Assembly (NCBI GenBank): GCA_012862495.1
Contig: BLSG01000182.1
Coordinates: 101,047 to 150,238, forward strand
Direction of reading: 5' to 3'
Origin: Thraustochytrium aureum
Lineage: Eukaryota
DNA length: 49,192 nt
This document shows positions 48,220 through 49,192 of the stretch, piece after piece. The notes beneath the pieces were generated by a model. That model searched no databases, was not told the DNA's origin, and was given only the letters and a program-made list of their open reading frames with translations. Every line of letters begins with the position of its first letter. The first letter of the stretch is position 1. The translations under genes and the position numbers were made by a program.

Positions 48220-49192
48220 TCACAGGTTTCGCGCGGCATCTTTGCGCGTAGGTATGGCGAGCGCGATGGGAATGTCAAACTCGGAGCCGTCCTCGTCGCT
48301 CGACTCGAAAACATCGTCGTCCGGATGCAAGGCGCGCGCAACCACCCAGGGCGCAGATGCACGGGGTGTTGTGCGGCGCCACCGGCTCGAAGGCTGGGAG
48401 CTGAGCGAAAGCGGCTTGCTTCTACCGGCAGCCCCTGGCCCTGCGGCACCGTCAACAAACCCGTGTAGGCCGACGGCCTGGCGCGCTTCGTTAAGCCGGC
48501 GCTTGCGCACGAGCGCCAAGGCGACCACGGCTGCTATGGCCACGGCGCCAGCAGTACCTCCAAGAAGCACCGGCATCTCGTGCGAGGGCCCAGAGCTGCC
48601 CGCGGTGGTCTCACCCGACTCGGACTCTGGTCCTCCAAAGTTGGGCGGGTCCTCAGGGTTGTACGGCGGGGTTGTCGGAGCCGGCAGGGGGATGGGCGGC
48701 TCCGTCGGGTCTGTAGAGGGCGGCAGCGCGGCTGTCGCCGAGAGCTGGCAAATCGAGACCGCGCCTTGCGAGTCCAGGACGGAGAGGAAGCCGAGGCCCG
48801 CGTCTGCTTTGGCAACGAACCGCGCCAGAACGGGGAATGGAGGCGGGAGAAAACTCTCTTGGCCCCCCTCGTCGCCAAGAACGACCCGGGCGGGCAGCTC
48901 TGGCGCGAGCAAGCGCTGCGCGAGCTCGACGCGGAAAACCCCACCTAGCTTCGCGTCTGTGACAAACNGAGCGGAGCCATCGGGGTGGAATGAAACACCA
49001 GTGACAGCGCCAAAGCCGTCCGCAACGAGGTAGACGAAGTCGTCATTGCCAACGCGCAAGATGCGGTCGCGCTCGGCAAAGTACAGCTCGTCCGTGGTTG
49101 GGTGTACAACGAGGGCATACACTTCGGAGATCATCGCTTTCAGGCGGTGGTACCCGACGCAGCGCTCCGACCCGTCGGCCACGCGTACGCCT
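48220..49192 (-). CDS. 3' part of a type I membrane protein with NHL/SMP-30-like beta-propeller blades, a Pro-rich stalk, a TM helix and an acidic tail (5' end outside the window)
   Basis: YALVVHPTTDELYFAERDRILRV and TGVSFHPDGSAxFVTDAKLGGVFRV blades; PPSTDPTEPPIPLPAPTTPP stalk; TM VLLGGTAGAVAIAAVVALALV followed by RKRR. Confidence 0.65.
   Translation of the reverse strand, partial: GVRVADGSERCVGYHRLKAMISEVYALVVHPTTDELYFAERDRILRVGNDDFVYLVADGFGAVTGVSFHPDGSAXFVTDAKLGGVFRVELAQRLLAPELPARVVLGDEGGQESFLPPPFPVLARFVAKADAGLGFLSVLDSQGAVSICQLSATAALPPSTDPTEPPIPLPAPTTPPYNPEDPPNFGGPESESGETTAGSSGPSHEMPVLLGGTAGAVAIAAVVALALVRKRRLNEARQAVGLHGFVDGAAGPGAAGRSKPLSLSSQPSSRWRRTTPRASAPWVVARALHPDDDVFESSDEDGSEFDIPIALAIPTRKDAARNL

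Overview
GC-rich, essentially intron-less eukaryotic DNA from a flagellated protist (stramenopile/thraustochytrid-like by inference). It is a draft assembly with nine N-gaps and many single-base frameshifts, including in conserved genes. Host genes in order: PRL/PTP4A phosphatase (+), PP4-like Ser/Thr phosphatase (-), beta-type axonemal outer-arm dynein heavy chain (+, ~14 kb), a membrane protein with a C-terminal HVA22/REEP domain (+), a soluble adenylyl cyclase-STAND protein (-), a giant WW/Tudor-like/EF-hand-like/coiled-coil/ARM/Zn-ribbon protein (+), an acylated triple-RGS protein (-) and the 3' part of a beta-propeller type I membrane protein (-). The stand-out feature is an ~8 kb transposon-like block (~19.0-27.0 kb) after the dynein gene. 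It holds a Zn-finger/coiled-coil ORF and a piggyBac-like DDD transposase. A complete YqaJ/lambda-exonuclease domain, itself carrying a SAP-like motif, is inserted between the second and third catalytic Asp of that transposase, and a piggyBac-type Cys-rich domain follows. I saw no TTAA target duplication or canonical TIRs; a 26-bp tandem array and a perfect hairpin lie nearby. All calls come from motif recognition by eye; no searches were run.
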